Made by a program: the position numbers and the translations under genes. From contig JAOACJ010000014.1 of the NCBI GenBank assembly GCA_026417895.1, positions 63-64,062 on the forward strand: a DNA stretch of 64,000 nt, in the 5' to 3' direction. Below are positions 1-9,345 of the stretch, piece after piece. Origin of the DNA: Patescibacteria group bacterium (GTDB taxonomy: Bacteria; Patescibacteriota; Patescibacteriia; UBA2591; CALHIP01). The notes beneath the pieces were generated by a model. It was given only the letters and a program-made list of their open reading frames with translations. It was not told the DNA's origin and made no database searches. How positions within the stretch are numbered: position 1 is the stretch's first letter; every line of letters starts with the position of its first letter.

Positions 1-1
1 T

Positions 2-286
2 AGAGAAAAGAAATTTTATATTGCAGATGTTTTTCCAAAAGAAGCAGAAGAAGGGTTAAAAAAAATCATAAATGGTTTAATACAGACAAAAATAATTCCC
101 AAATTTAACTCGGTTGGTGCTACAGATAAAAACAGCAGAATTTTAATTTTAGATTACGAAGAAGGTCAAGGAACGGATCTTAAATTTGGTAGAGAAGCTA
201 CCTTAAAGGAAATTTTAGGTGAAGAATTCTTTAATAAATTAGAAAATAACTATCGAATTACTATTTGGCCCAGGAGATATTTTTAA
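2..286 (+). CDS. 3' end of hypothetical protein (truncated by window start)
   Basis: Frame open from position 2 to TAA at 284-286 (...KLENNYRITIWPRRYF*); no motif recognised. Confidence 0.6.
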   Translation, partial: REKKFYIADVFPKEAEEGLKKIINGLIQTKIIPKFNSVGATDKNSRILILDYEEGQGTDLKFGREATLKEILGEEFFNKLENNYRITIWPRRYF

Positions 287-451
287 GTAAATATTAGTAT
301 TTAGTATAAAATATATATTTTTATTAGTTATTCTCGAAAAATTTTTGAGTAAAAATTTTGAAATCTAATTCAAAAATCGGGACGAAGCACGGAGAGTGAC
401 CGATTTTCCAAACCACCAAAAGAAAAGTCGAGGAATTAATAAATAAAAATT

Positions 452-928
452 ATGTTATTTGATCCAGAAAACATTTTAAAAGGAAGAATGGCTGAAAGTT
501 TGGTTGAGGAGTTGCTAAAGCAATGTGGTAATAAAGTTTATCGTTTTGGCTATGAAGCGGTTTTACAGAACTTAACACAATTAGAAGATCAATTTGATAG
601 AAAAAGCGAAGTTGGACAAAGAATTAGATCAATTCCTGATTTTATTGTTATAAGACAAAAAAAGATTTTTCTGGTTGAAGTAAAATTCCGTGGCAGTCCT
701 ACAATTTATAATGAGGATTTAAAGATGTTGAATCTTATTGAGAAGTTTTGGCGGGCAAAAATAATTTGGGTAACTGTCACTAAACCATATTTTCGAATTT
801 CAGTCGCACCGTATTTTAACAAAAAAGGTGAACTCAACGCGATGCCCTTAGAGGCAGATTCTGATTTAGGAATCATGCCAGAGATTTTAAAACAATTTAA
901 CGAATTAGTAGAAAAATATTATTGTTAA
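452..928 (+). CDS. PD-(D/E)XK nuclease-fold hypothetical protein
   Basis: KGRMAE helix, IPDF and LVEVKFR motifs typical of the restriction-endonuclease-like fold. Confidence 0.6.
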   Translation: MLFDPENILKGRMAESLVEELLKQCGNKVYRFGYEAVLQNLTQLEDQFDRKSEVGQRIRSIPDFIVIRQKKIFLVEVKFRGSPTIYNEDLKMLNLIEKFWRAKIIWVTVTKPYFRISVAPYFNKKGELNAMPLEADSDLGIMPEILKQFNELVEKYYC

Positions 929-998
929 CTCAAGGGTGGCGGAGAAATTATTTGTTCATGAGTAGAAATAATTTAAATTTCAAATGGGTAAGATACGC

Positions 999-1026
999 TA
1001 ACATTCTTGAGAATGTGAGAATGTTG
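999..1026. repeat. REP-like palindrome TAACATTCT..AGAATGT(G/T), copy 1
   Basis: AACATTCT/AGAATGTT inverted 8-mers; related copy at 54925-54960. Confidence 0.55.
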
Positions 1027-1093
1027 TCTTTGGCGAAAATTGAAAATTGGAGAAAATTAAATTAAAATTAACTAACCGTTAATTTTTGATTTT

Positions 1094-1549
1094 ATGGAAA
1101 ATTTTGAAATTTGCATTAGAGCAATTATTCAAAACAAAGGAAAAATTTTAATTTGCCAATACAAAGAAAAAGGATATTATTTTTTTCCGGGCGGGCATTT
1201 GGAATTTGGAGAAAAAATTGAAAAAGCACTTTCAAGAGAAATTAAAGAAGAACTCAATTTAAAGATTAAAAAATTTTCCCTCATTGGGTTAGTGGATAAT
1301 ATATATAAAGAAGATAAACAAAAACATCATGAAATTAATTTAGTATTTGATGTTAAGGTTGATAAAATCAACCTAAAGAGTAGGGAAGATCATATTATTT
1401 TTTATTTCTTTGATAAAATTAAATTTAAAAGAGAAAAAATTTTCCCCATTGCTTTACAAAAGGCAATTTTAAAGTGGATTAAAGATAAAAAATTTTTCTG
1501 GGCAAGTCAATATTACAAAAAGTCCTTTTTGATGAAAAATAAAACTTGA
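1094..1549 (+). CDS. NUDIX hydrolase
   Basis: Nudix box GGHLEFGEKIEKALSREIKEELNL. Confidence 0.9.
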   Translation: MENFEICIRAIIQNKGKILICQYKEKGYYFFPGGHLEFGEKIEKALSREIKEELNLKIKKFSLIGLVDNIYKEDKQKHHEINLVFDVKVDKINLKSREDHIIFYFFDKIKFKREKIFPIALQKAILKWIKDKKFFWASQYYKKSFLMKNKT

Positions 1550-1629
1550 GGAAATGATTAAAAAACAATAAAATTAAAAGAATTTAATTTATCAAAAAGT
1601 CAAAAAAGTTTAAATAAAAATTAAAAAAT

Positions 1630-2361
1630 ATGGAACAAGTAAAAAATAATCAGTTTTTAGTTAAACCTGCTTTAATTTTGGGGATTTGTTTTTTGCTTGG
1701 TTTTTTTGCTTTATCTTTGGCCCTCTACCAAACCAGACAAGAAAAAGATATGCTTTCTGTTACAGGCTCAGCAAAACAGAAAGTGATTTCAGATGTGGTT
1801 AAATGGAAGAGTGAGTTTACTAATCAAGTTTTAATTTCAGAACTTGCTCAGGGATACAATAAAATGAAAAACGATGAAAAAATGGTGGTGGATTTTTTGA
1901 AAGAAAACGGGGTTAAGGAAGGGGAAATGACAATTTTACCGGTTTTTGCTACCGAAGTTTGGAGACCTGAGGGAGGAGGGCCTCGGCAATATCTTTTGCG
2001 TCAAACAGTAGAAATAAATTCAAATGATGTACAAAAAATTACCGAACTTTCAAAAAATGTACAAAAAATTGTTGACAAAGGAGTAGTGTTTTCCACAATT
2101 TCTCTAGAATATTATTATTCAAAACTCCCAGATTTGAGAATTAGTTTACTTTCTTTGGCAGTAGAGGATGCAAAAAAGAGAGCAGAACAGATTGGAAGGG
2201 CTAGCGGGAAGAAGGTTGGTTCAATTAAGTCAGCCACCATGGGTGTAGTGCAGGTTTTAGCACCAAATTCAGTAGAAATTTCAGATTATGGAACTTATGA
2301 TACAGGAAGTATTGAAAAAGAAGTAATGGTAACAGTAAAAGCAACTTTTCAACTAGAGTAA
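1630..2361 (+). CDS. SIMPL (DUF541) domain protein
   Basis: N-terminal TM; SVTGSA, AVEDAKKRAEQI and C-terminal VTVKATF motifs. Confidence 0.8.
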   Translation: MEQVKNNQFLVKPALILGICFLLGFFALSLALYQTRQEKDMLSVTGSAKQKVISDVVKWKSEFTNQVLISELAQGYNKMKNDEKMVVDFLKENGVKEGEMTILPVFATEVWRPEGGGPRQYLLRQTVEINSNDVQKITELSKNVQKIVDKGVVFSTISLEYYYSKLPDLRISLLSLAVEDAKKRAEQIGRASGKKVGSIKSATMGVVQVLAPNSVEISDYGTYDTGSIEKEVMVTVKATFQLE

Positions 2362-2375
2362 GATTTACTTTTATA

Positions 2376-3113
2376 ATGTTTAAATATTTTGTTTTAGGAA
2401 TTTTGCAGGGGATTTTTGAGTGGCTTCCTATTTCAAGCGAGGGGATTGTTTCATTATTCGGTAGTTTTTTAATTAAAGGATTCAATCCCGTTGATATAGC
2501 TCTTTTTTTACATCTTGGCACATTGTTGGCTTGCATTTTTTATTTTTGGAAAGATTTAAAAGAAATTATTTTTTTAAAAAACAAAACAATGTTTCAATTT
2601 TTAGCAATTTCTACTATTGTTTCATTAGCGATTGGCTTTCCTTTATATAAAATAGTGAGAGAGATGGCCTTAGGAAATTTTTTGTTAATATTGGTTGGTT
2701 TTGGTTTACTTTTTACGGCCTATTTTCATCAAAAAAAAGTTTTTTTTGAACTTGATTTTAAAAGGTTAGCTCTCTTGTCTGGTATTTTACAAGGATTAGC
2801 GGTAATTCCTGGACTTTCAAGGTCTGGGGCAACTATTTTTGCTCTTTCCTTTTCTAAATTAAAACCCGATGAAATTTTAAAAATTTCTTATTTGATGTCT
2901 ATTCCAGTAGTGCTCCTTTCCAGCCTTTACTTATTTTTAGAAAACAAAAGTATCATTGTAGAATCTTGGCCAGCCTTAATTTCTAGTTTTATAATAGGCC
3001 TTTTAACTTTAAAAATTTTAATTTCTTTTTCCAAAAAAATAAATTTTTCTAAATTTGCTCTTCTTTTTGCTATTCTTTGTTTTTTGGGTGCGATCATAAA
3101 TTTCATCCTTTAA
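2376..3113 (+). CDS. uppP: undecaprenyl-diphosphate phosphatase (BacA family)
   Basis: QGIFEWLPISSEG and PGLSRSGATI motifs; multi-TM. Confidence 0.9.
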   Translation: MFKYFVLGILQGIFEWLPISSEGIVSLFGSFLIKGFNPVDIALFLHLGTLLACIFYFWKDLKEIIFLKNKTMFQFLAISTIVSLAIGFPLYKIVREMALGNFLLILVGFGLLFTAYFHQKKVFFELDFKRLALLSGILQGLAVIPGLSRSGATIFALSFSKLKPDEILKISYLMSIPVVLLSSLYLFLENKSIIVESWPALISSFIIGLLTLKILISFSKKINFSKFALLFAILCFLGAIINFIL

Positions 3114-3157
3114 TTTTTTAAAAGAAAGAGTGTAAAAAAAATTAAAAGAAAATTTTT

Positions 3158-3487
3158 ATGCGGATTTGGGATGTGCCAATAGATTGTTTGTGTCGTAATC
3201 ATCTTTTAGGCGAACATAGAGAATTACATGCCATTTGGAATATTTTGATAAAAAAGAAAAAGGGGTTTTCCAAACATCCAGAAACATTAAGGTGGCGAGG
3301 AAAATTAAAGGCTCTTTACCTTAAACACGAAGCAATAGTTAGAGAGATGAAAAAACGAGGTTATCAACATCGATCATCTTTAAATAAAAAATTAGCCAAA
3401 GGTAAAGCTCAGCAATATGAATTTTGGCAGTCCAAGGAAGCACAAAAGATAATTTTAAAAAGAAAGTGTCGGCAGTGCGGAGTCTAA
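3158..3487 (+). CDS. pyrimidine-dimer DNA glycosylase / T4 endonuclease V-like protein
   Basis: MRIW...HLLGEHRELH, HPETLRW and EMKKRGYQH motifs. Confidence 0.75.
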   Translation: MRIWDVPIDCLCRNHLLGEHRELHAIWNILIKKKKGFSKHPETLRWRGKLKALYLKHEAIVREMKKRGYQHRSSLNKKLAKGKAQQYEFWQSKEAQKIILKRKCRQCGV

Positions 3488-3491
3488 AAAG

Positions 3492-3556
3492 TTATCCACA
3501 GGGCTAATTTGACAAATAGTTTATTGCGATTAAAATCTAAATAGGAATGATTACTA
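3492..3556 (+). promoter_or_regulatory. perR operon promoter: DnaA box, -35/-10 and Per/Fur-like box
   Basis: TTATCCACA 3492-3500; TTGACA 3509-3514; TAAAAT 3531-3536; 7-1-7 inverted repeat TAGGAAT-G-ATTACTA 3542-3556 over the start codon. Confidence 0.65.
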
Positions 3557-3924
3557 ATAAAAAAGAAAAGTTAACCTCGCAAAAAAAATTGATTTTAGAT
3601 TACTTGAGATCAGTTAAGACTCACCCTTCGGCTAAAGAGATTTTTAAGACGATAAGAAAAAAATTGCCTCGCATTAGTTTAAGTACCGTCTATCGAATTT
3701 TAAATAATTTGAAAGAAAAAAATCAAATTTTTGAAATTCCGATTGAGACAAGCCGTTTTGATGGCGACCTTTCTCCTCATGCACATTTTATTTGCCAAAA
3801 GTGTCGGAAAATCTTTGATATTTTTGAAAAATTACCATCTTTAAGAATAAAGAAAATAAAAATTGGTTTCGTAAAAAATTATCAAATTTATTTTTATGGC
3901 CTCTGTCAAAAATGTCAAAAATAA
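3547..3924 (+). CDS. perR: Fur-family regulator, PerR-like
   Basis: HPSA, ISLSTVYRIL, HAHFICxxC and CxxC motifs; heads an operon with rubrerythrin and SOR. Confidence 0.8.
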   Translation: MITNKKEKLTSQKKLILDYLRSVKTHPSAKEIFKTIRKKLPRISLSTVYRILNNLKEKNQIFEIPIETSRFDGDLSPHAHFICQKCRKIFDIFEKLPSLRIKKIKIGFVKNYQIYFYGLCQKCQK

Positions 3925-4201
3925 AAATTATTGTTGGGACTGTAAAAAAGAAATTAAGTTTAAGGAAAAAGAGATAAAAAATGGGCGAATGCTGACTTAT
4001 GAAACTGGCAGAGAAAAAGTAACTATTTTTAAATGTAATGATTGTTTTTCAAAAAGCAAGGAATTAAAAAATTTTCAAACCTGCGAAGTTTATTCAAGAG
4101 TCGTTGGTTATTTAAGACCAGTCCAACAATGGAATATTGGTAAGCAAAAAGAATTCGAAGAAAGAAAAGAATTCAATCAAAGGTCGAAAATTAAAAATTA
4201 A
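3896..4201 (+). CDS. stand-alone NrdD C-terminal glycyl-radical/Zn-ribbon domain protein
   Basis: CWDC...CNDC, then CEVYSRVVGYLRPVQQWNIGKQKEFEERK, the class III RNR glycyl-radical loop; only 101 aa. Confidence 0.85.
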   Translation: MASVKNVKNKNYCWDCKKEIKFKEKEIKNGRMLTYETGREKVTIFKCNDCFSKSKELKNFQTCEVYSRVVGYLRPVQQWNIGKQKEFEERKEFNQRSKIKN

Positions 4202-4220
4202 AAATTAAAAATTAAAAATT
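4176..4220. repeat. heptamer tandem array (ATTAAAA x4 plus degenerate units)
   Basis: ATCAAAG GTCGAAA (ATTAAAA)4 spanning the stop of the NrdD-like gene. Confidence 0.7.
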
Positions 4221-4221
4221 T

Positions 4222-4791
4222 ATGCCTATGAAAGATCCATTAACTGTTTCTGATCCTAAACCAGTTAAGAAAGGATCAAAAACTTATGAAAATTTATGGA
4301 AAGCATTTGCTGGCGAGGCGCAGGCAAGAAATAAATATACTTACTTTGCTAAAATTGCTCGAGAACAGGGGATGCACCATATAGCAGGAATTTTTGAAGA
4401 AACCGCCAATCATGAATTAGAGCATGCGAAAATGATCTGGAAATTGTTAGGTGAATGGTCGGAGACAAAGGAAAATTTGAAAAAGGCGATTGAAGGAGAG
4501 AATTACGAGCACACGACAATGTATCCGGAATTTAAAAAAGTAGCCAAAGATGAGGGTTTTGAAGATGCAGTCAAATTTTTCACTGAAGTGGCTGAGGTTG
4601 AGGAACAACATGAAAAAAGATATAAAAGATTGTTGGAAGAATTAGAAAAAGGAATGGTTTTCAAAAAAGAAGAAAAGGTGATGTGGGTTTGTCGAAATTG
4701 TGGCTACCTTCACTGGGGAACCGAGGCGCCAAAAGAATGTCCGAACTGTCGACATCCGCAAAGTTACTTTGAGGTTAGGTGTCAGTATTAA
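4222..4791 (+). CDS. rbr: rubrerythrin
   Basis: [12 protein letters not shown] and two ExxH di-iron motifs; C-terminal rubredoxin WVCRNCGY...CPNC. Confidence 0.93.
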   Translation: MPMKDPLTVSDPKPVKKGSKTYENLWKAFAGEAQARNKYTYFAKIAREQGMHHIAGIFEETANHELEHAKMIWKLLGEWSETKENLKKAIEGENYEHTTMYPEFKKVAKDEGFEDAVKFFTEVAEVEEQHEKRYKRLLEELEKGMVFKKEEKVMWVCRNCGYLHWGTEAPKECPNCRHPQSYFEVRCQY

Positions 4792-4801
4792 AGTAAAAAA
4801 T

Positions 4802-5194
4802 ATGGTCCAATTAAAACAGATTTATCGTTGTTCAATTTGCGGCAATGTTGTTGAAGTATTGCATGCTAGTGTTGGCCAATTAGTTTGCTGCGGAAAGCCA
4901 ATGGAACTATTGATAGAGAAAACGAAAGATATAGGAGCAGAGAAGCACGTGCCGATTATTGAAAAGAAAGAGGGTGGAATAAAGGTCAGAGTTGGTTCTA
5001 TTCCTCATCCGATGGAAGAGAAGCACTATCTTGAATGGATAGAATTAGTGGTTGACGGAAAGAGTTTTCGTCAGTTTCTCCATCCCGATCAAAAGGCCGA
5101 AGCTGAATTTTTAGTAAAAGTTGAAGAAGGAAGTAAAATTTTTGCTAGAGAATATTGTAATCTTCACGGTCTTTGGAAGGGGTTTGAGAGTTAG
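4802..5194 (+). CDS. dfx: desulfoferrodoxin (superoxide reductase)
   Basis: [41 protein letters not shown]; start moved to ATG 4802. Confidence 0.93.
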   Translation: MVQLKQIYRCSICGNVVEVLHASVGQLVCCGKPMELLIEKTKDIGAEKHVPIIEKKEGGIKVRVGSIPHPMEEKHYLEWIELVVDGKSFRQFLHPDQKAEAEFLVKVEEGSKIFAREYCNLHGLWKGFES

Positions 5195-5293
5195 TCTTGT
5201 CTTCAAATTAGCCCAGATAATTTATTTTAGGGTGAAAGTTTGATTACTACACTAATTTTTCCTATTTTTTAAAGATGATTTATTTAATATAAA

Positions 5294-5506
5294 ATGAAAG
5301 ATAATATGGGAAAGATTAGTAAAAAAAGAAGAAAATTTTTAATCAAACTTAAGCAAGCAAGAAAAAAGAAAATCAGAAAATTACAGGAGAAATATATACT
5401 TGCTAAAAATGAAACCGAAAGAGAAAAAATAATTGAAAAAGCATTGAAGATAAACCCTTTTTTGACGAGAGAAGAATTTCTTGCTCAAATCGGGCAGAAA
5501 AATTAA
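5294..5506 (+). CDS. small basic hypothetical protein
   Basis: 70-aa Lys/Arg-rich helical ORF followed by a terminator. Confidence 0.6.
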   Translation: MKDNMGKISKKRRKFLIKLKQARKKKIRKLQEKYILAKNETEREKIIEKALKINPFLTREEFLAQIGQKN

Positions 5507-5534
5507 GTCGATCTTTCATCAAAGGTTTTATCAT

Positions 5535-5559
5535 AGAAGGCTCCGGCCTTTTTGTTTTT
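5535..5559 (+). terminator. intrinsic terminator
   Basis: AAGGC-TCCG-GCCTT hairpin followed by T-rich tail. Confidence 0.55.
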
Positions 5560-5631
5560 CATATCCAAAAGTTTAATTAAAAATAATATTTTTGATTGAC
5601 GGATTAAACAAAAAATGATAGAATGATTAAA

Positions 5632-6780
5632 ATGGCAAGTAATAATTTAAAAATTTCTGTTGTTTTGCCTTGTTTGAATGAAGAAAAAACCATCGGTGTT
5701 TGTTTGGAAAAAATAAAAAAGGCATTTGAAAAATATCATTTGGATGGCGAGATTATTGTTGTTGACAACGGTTCGACCGATCGGTCAGGAGAGATTGCTA
5801 AAAATTTAGGAGCAATTGTTGTTTTTGAGCCGAAAAGGGGATATGGTAATGCCTATCATCGAGGCATCGCCATGGCCAAAGGTGATTTTATTATTATTGG
5901 TGATGCTGATAATACTTATGATTTCGGCGAAATTGATAAATTTATTGGACCACTGAAAGAAGGTTATGATTTGGTCATAGGTAATCGTTTTTCCGGGTTA
6001 ATGAAAAAAAGAGCGATGGGGTTTTGGTCAAGAATTGGTAACCCAATTTTATCTAGCCTTTTGCGTCTATTTTTTCGAACAAAAATTCATGATGCTCACT
6101 GTGGAATGAGGGCTTTTACTAGAACAGCCTATGATAAATTGAATTTACAAACTACTGGGATGGAGTATGCTTCAGAAATGATTGTCAAAGCCATTTGGCA
6201 AAATTTAAAAATAAAAGAAGTACCGATTACTTATTATCCGCGAGTAGGCGAGTCAAAACTTTCTCCTTGGCGCGATGGTTGGCGTCATTTAAAATTTATG
6301 TTAATTTATGCTCCTAATTGGCTTTTTCTTGGGCCCGGGATATTTTTATTTTCCATTGGCCTGTTTCTTTTAATAGCGATGACTTTTGGTGAATTAAGGA
6401 TTGGCAAAGTAATTTTGCACCTTCATCCGATGTTCTTAGGCGCGCTTTTGGTTTTGCTAGGCTATCAAGTTTTTTCTTTTGGTCTTTTAACTAAACTTTA
6501 CGCTTATTCACAAAAATTAATGCCGCGCAGTAAATTAGTTGATTTTTATCTAAAATATTTTTCTTTGGAAAAATTAATTTTTATTGGTCTGTTATTTTTT
6601 TTTGTCGGCCTAGGTTTAGGCATCTCTGTTTATCTTATTTGGGCGCGCGGTGGTTTTGGGGCTTTGTTTGAAGTGAGAAAATCACTAACCTCGATTACTT
6701 TAATGATTCTGGGAATGCAAATTATTTTTACTGGTTTCTTTTATCATATTTTAAGAATCGGTCTGAAGGGACACGAATAA
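5632..6780 (+). CDS. GT2 glycosyltransferase (DPM1-like) with C-terminal TM helices
   Basis: VVLPCLNEE, VVDNGSTD, GDADNTYD; probably leaderless from TTGACG-17-TAGAAT (5596-5624). Confidence 0.88.
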   Translation: MASNNLKISVVLPCLNEEKTIGVCLEKIKKAFEKYHLDGEIIVVDNGSTDRSGEIAKNLGAIVVFEPKRGYGNAYHRGIAMAKGDFIIIGDADNTYDFGEIDKFIGPLKEGYDLVIGNRFSGLMKKRAMGFWSRIGNPILSSLLRLFFRTKIHDAHCGMRAFTRTAYDKLNLQTTGMEYASEMIVKAIWQNLKIKEVPITYYPRVGESKLSPWRDGWRHLKFMLIYAPNWLFLGPGIFLFSIGLFLLIAMTFGELRIGKVILHLHPMFLGALLVLLGYQVFSFGLLTKLYAYSQKLMPRSKLVDFYLKYFSLEKLIFIGLLFFFVGLGLGISVYLIWARGGFGALFEVRKSLTSITLMILGMQIIFTGFFYHILRIGLKGHE

Positions 6781-6790
6781 ATTCAAAAAA

Positions 6791-7318
6791 ATGATTCCAT
6801 TATCTTTTATTTTTCTTTTCTTAAAGTTATTATTGGTTGTTTTTGTTATTATTTTACTTCTAACCTTTTCGCTGCCATTTTTTGGTGGCGTACCTTATGT
6901 ACCAACCCCAGAAAAAAGAGTCAAAAAAATGTTAGAATTGGCTCAATTGAAACAAGGTGAAAAGTTAGTTGATTTAGGTTCGGGCGATGGCCGGATCTTA
7001 ATTGAGGCGGCGAGAATAGGAGCGGAGGCTGTTGGTTATGAAATTGATCCTTTATTAGTTTTGACAAGTAAGAAACTGATAAAAAAGGAAGGATTAGAAA
7101 ATAAAATAAAAATTTATCGAAAAAGTTTTTGGCAGGCCGATTTAAAAGATGCTGACGTGGTGACCTTTTATGGTATCACGGGTATTATGGGGCGGATGGA
7201 AAAAAAATTATTAAGAGAATTAAAGCCAGGCGCTCGTGTTTGTTCTTATGTTTTTGCTTTTCCGCGATGGGAGCCGGTTCGTTACGAATCAGGAATTTTT
7301 TTATATCAAAAATCTTAA
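6791..7318 (+). CDS. membrane-anchored class I SAM-dependent methyltransferase
   Basis: N-terminal TM; VPYVPT, VDLGSGDGR, LKPGARVCS. Confidence 0.85.
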   Translation: MIPLSFIFLFLKLLLVVFVIILLLTFSLPFFGGVPYVPTPEKRVKKMLELAQLKQGEKLVDLGSGDGRILIEAARIGAEAVGYEIDPLLVLTSKKLIKKEGLENKIKIYRKSFWQADLKDADVVTFYGITGIMGRMEKKLLRELKPGARVCSYVFAFPRWEPVRYESGIFLYQKS

Positions 7319-7385
7319 ATTTTAAAAAAGTTATCCACAAATTAATTTTTTTTGACTTATTTTTTATTTTTTTTATAATTACAAA

Positions 7386-8286
7386 ATGATTAAACAATTT
7401 AGCCAAAATTTAGCCAAAGAGAAAAAACTTTCTTGATTTACCAAAAAAATTTTCTGACTTTAAAAAATTAAAAATAGTTATCATCAGTTTTCCTTTTGAA
7501 AAAAACGTCAAGTTATCTTAAAGGTTCAAAACTTGGACCGGAAAAAATTATTGAAACTTCTTCACAAGTTGAATTATGGGATGAAGAATTGTAGTTTGCG
7601 CCTTATCAAATTGGTATTTCTACTCTCAAAATTCAACCATCTAAAGGCCATTTTCAGGCATTAAAGCAATTAGAAAATATTGTTACTAAAATTATTGATG
7701 ATTCTAAGTTGCCCATTGTTTTAGGCGGTGAACATTCAATAACTTTAGGTTCGTTAAAGGCATTGATTAAAAAAACAAAAAAATTAACCATCTGTCAATT
7801 TGATACTCACGCTGACTTAAGAGAAAGTTGGTTGGGCTCAAAATTATCTCATGCGGCAGTCATGCACCGTTGTTTAGAAGTTGATAAAGAAATTAATTTA
7901 GTCCAGATTGGCATCAGAAATATTTCTGAAGAAGAATTGCCGTTTCTTGAAAAGAATAAAAGAAGAATCAAAACTTTTTGGGCTAAAGATAAAAAAATTG
8001 GTCAACTAAAGAAATTATAAAATTTTGTCAAGAAAATATTTTTTTAACTTTTGATTTTGATGTTTTAGATCTTTCCATTATGCCAGCAGTTGGTACACCA
8101 GAATCAAATGGATTAGAATGGAACGAAGTTTTAAGATTATTTAAATCCTTTTCTCAAAAGAGAAAAGTAGTCGGTATTGATTTCGTTGAATTGTGTTCTA
8201 TAAACAAATTAGTGGCACCAGATTTCTTAGCCGCTAAATTGATTTATAAATTTATCTCTTATTTAGTTAAATTTCAACGCCTATGA
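7386..8286 (+). pseudogene. speB: agmatinase (ureohydrolase) pseudogene
   Basis: Motifs GPEKII, GGEHSIT, FDTHADLR, IGIRN, FDFDVLD and GTPE spread over several frames; in-frame TAG near 7592; frameshifts near 7500 and 7995. Confidence 0.8.
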
Positions 8287-9341
8287 AGGAACTTAAAAAA
8301 TTTCTTACCAAAAAAGTTAGAGCTATTAAAATTAAAACACCAAAAAAAATTTCTCAGCTTTTAGAAGAAATGAAGAGAACCGGTTTTCAGGGGCGAAAAT
8401 TAGCCGAAGTGACAGAAATTTGGGAGAAAATGATTAAAGACAAAAACGTAACCATTTTCTTTGGCTATACTGGTTCGCTTTCCACTACCGGACAGTGGAA
8501 AATTATTAATTGGTTGATAGAGAATCATTTTATTGATGTCCTTGTTTCTACTGGGGCAAACATTTCTGAGGATATTGTTGGGGCAATGGGAAAGAATTAT
8601 TGGCAAGGCCATCATTTGGTTCAAGATGATTTACTTTTCAAAGTCGGTCTAAATCGTTATTATGACGTTTATGGTCGCGAAGACGATTATCTGGAAATGA
8701 CAGAGTTGATTGCTGATTTTATAATGACACTCAAAGAGAAATATAACTATTCCTCTCGAGAATTTTTATTTCTCTTTGGTCAATGGCTTTGGCAAAAAGG
8801 AATCAAAAGTATTGTTGCCACCGCCGCCAAGAATAAAGTACCGGTTTTTTGTCCGGCTATTGTTGATAGTCCCTATGGTGATGCTGGCCTGCTGGCTAAA
8901 AGTCGAGGCTTTAATCTTATTCTTGACAATATGAAAGATTATTTTGAGTTTATGAAATTAGCTGAGCAGACTAAAGAGACGGCGGTTATCTATATCGGTG
9001 GTGGCGTACCTAAGGACTTTATTCAACTTTTAGCCGTGACAAGTGATCTCTTATATAAAGATAAAAATATTCCTGGTAAAAAGGGCAGGAAACGTCTTTT
9101 AACTAATGAGAGTTATTATCCTCATAAATATGCTATTCAAATTACTACTGATTCGCCGCAATGGGGAGGGCTTTCAGGGGCGACTTTAGACGAAGGTGTT
9201 TCTTGGGGTAAAGAATTACCTGCGGAGGGAAATTATGCCCAATGCTATTGTGACGCAACAATTGCTTTACCAATTATTGCTCAGGCTTTAGCTGAGAGAA
9301 AATTAAAAAGGAAAGGAAGAATTTTAACTTTTGAAGACTAA
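8283..9341 (+). CDS. deoxyhypusine synthase-like protein
   Basis: TGFQG, STGANI, PVFCPAIVDS, IGGGVPKDF, GGLSGATLDEGVSWGK (catalytic Lys retained). Confidence 0.9.
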   Translation: MKELKKFLTKKVRAIKIKTPKKISQLLEEMKRTGFQGRKLAEVTEIWEKMIKDKNVTIFFGYTGSLSTTGQWKIINWLIENHFIDVLVSTGANISEDIVGAMGKNYWQGHHLVQDDLLFKVGLNRYYDVYGREDDYLEMTELIADFIMTLKEKYNYSSREFLFLFGQWLWQKGIKSIVATAAKNKVPVFCPAIVDSPYGDAGLLAKSRGFNLILDNMKDYFEFMKLAEQTKETAVIYIGGGVPKDFIQLLAVTSDLLYKDKNIPGKKGRKRLLTNESYYPHKYAIQITTDSPQWGGLSGATLDEGVSWGKELPAEGNYAQCYCDATIALPIIAQALAERKLKRKGRILTFED

Positions 9342-9345
9342 TTGT

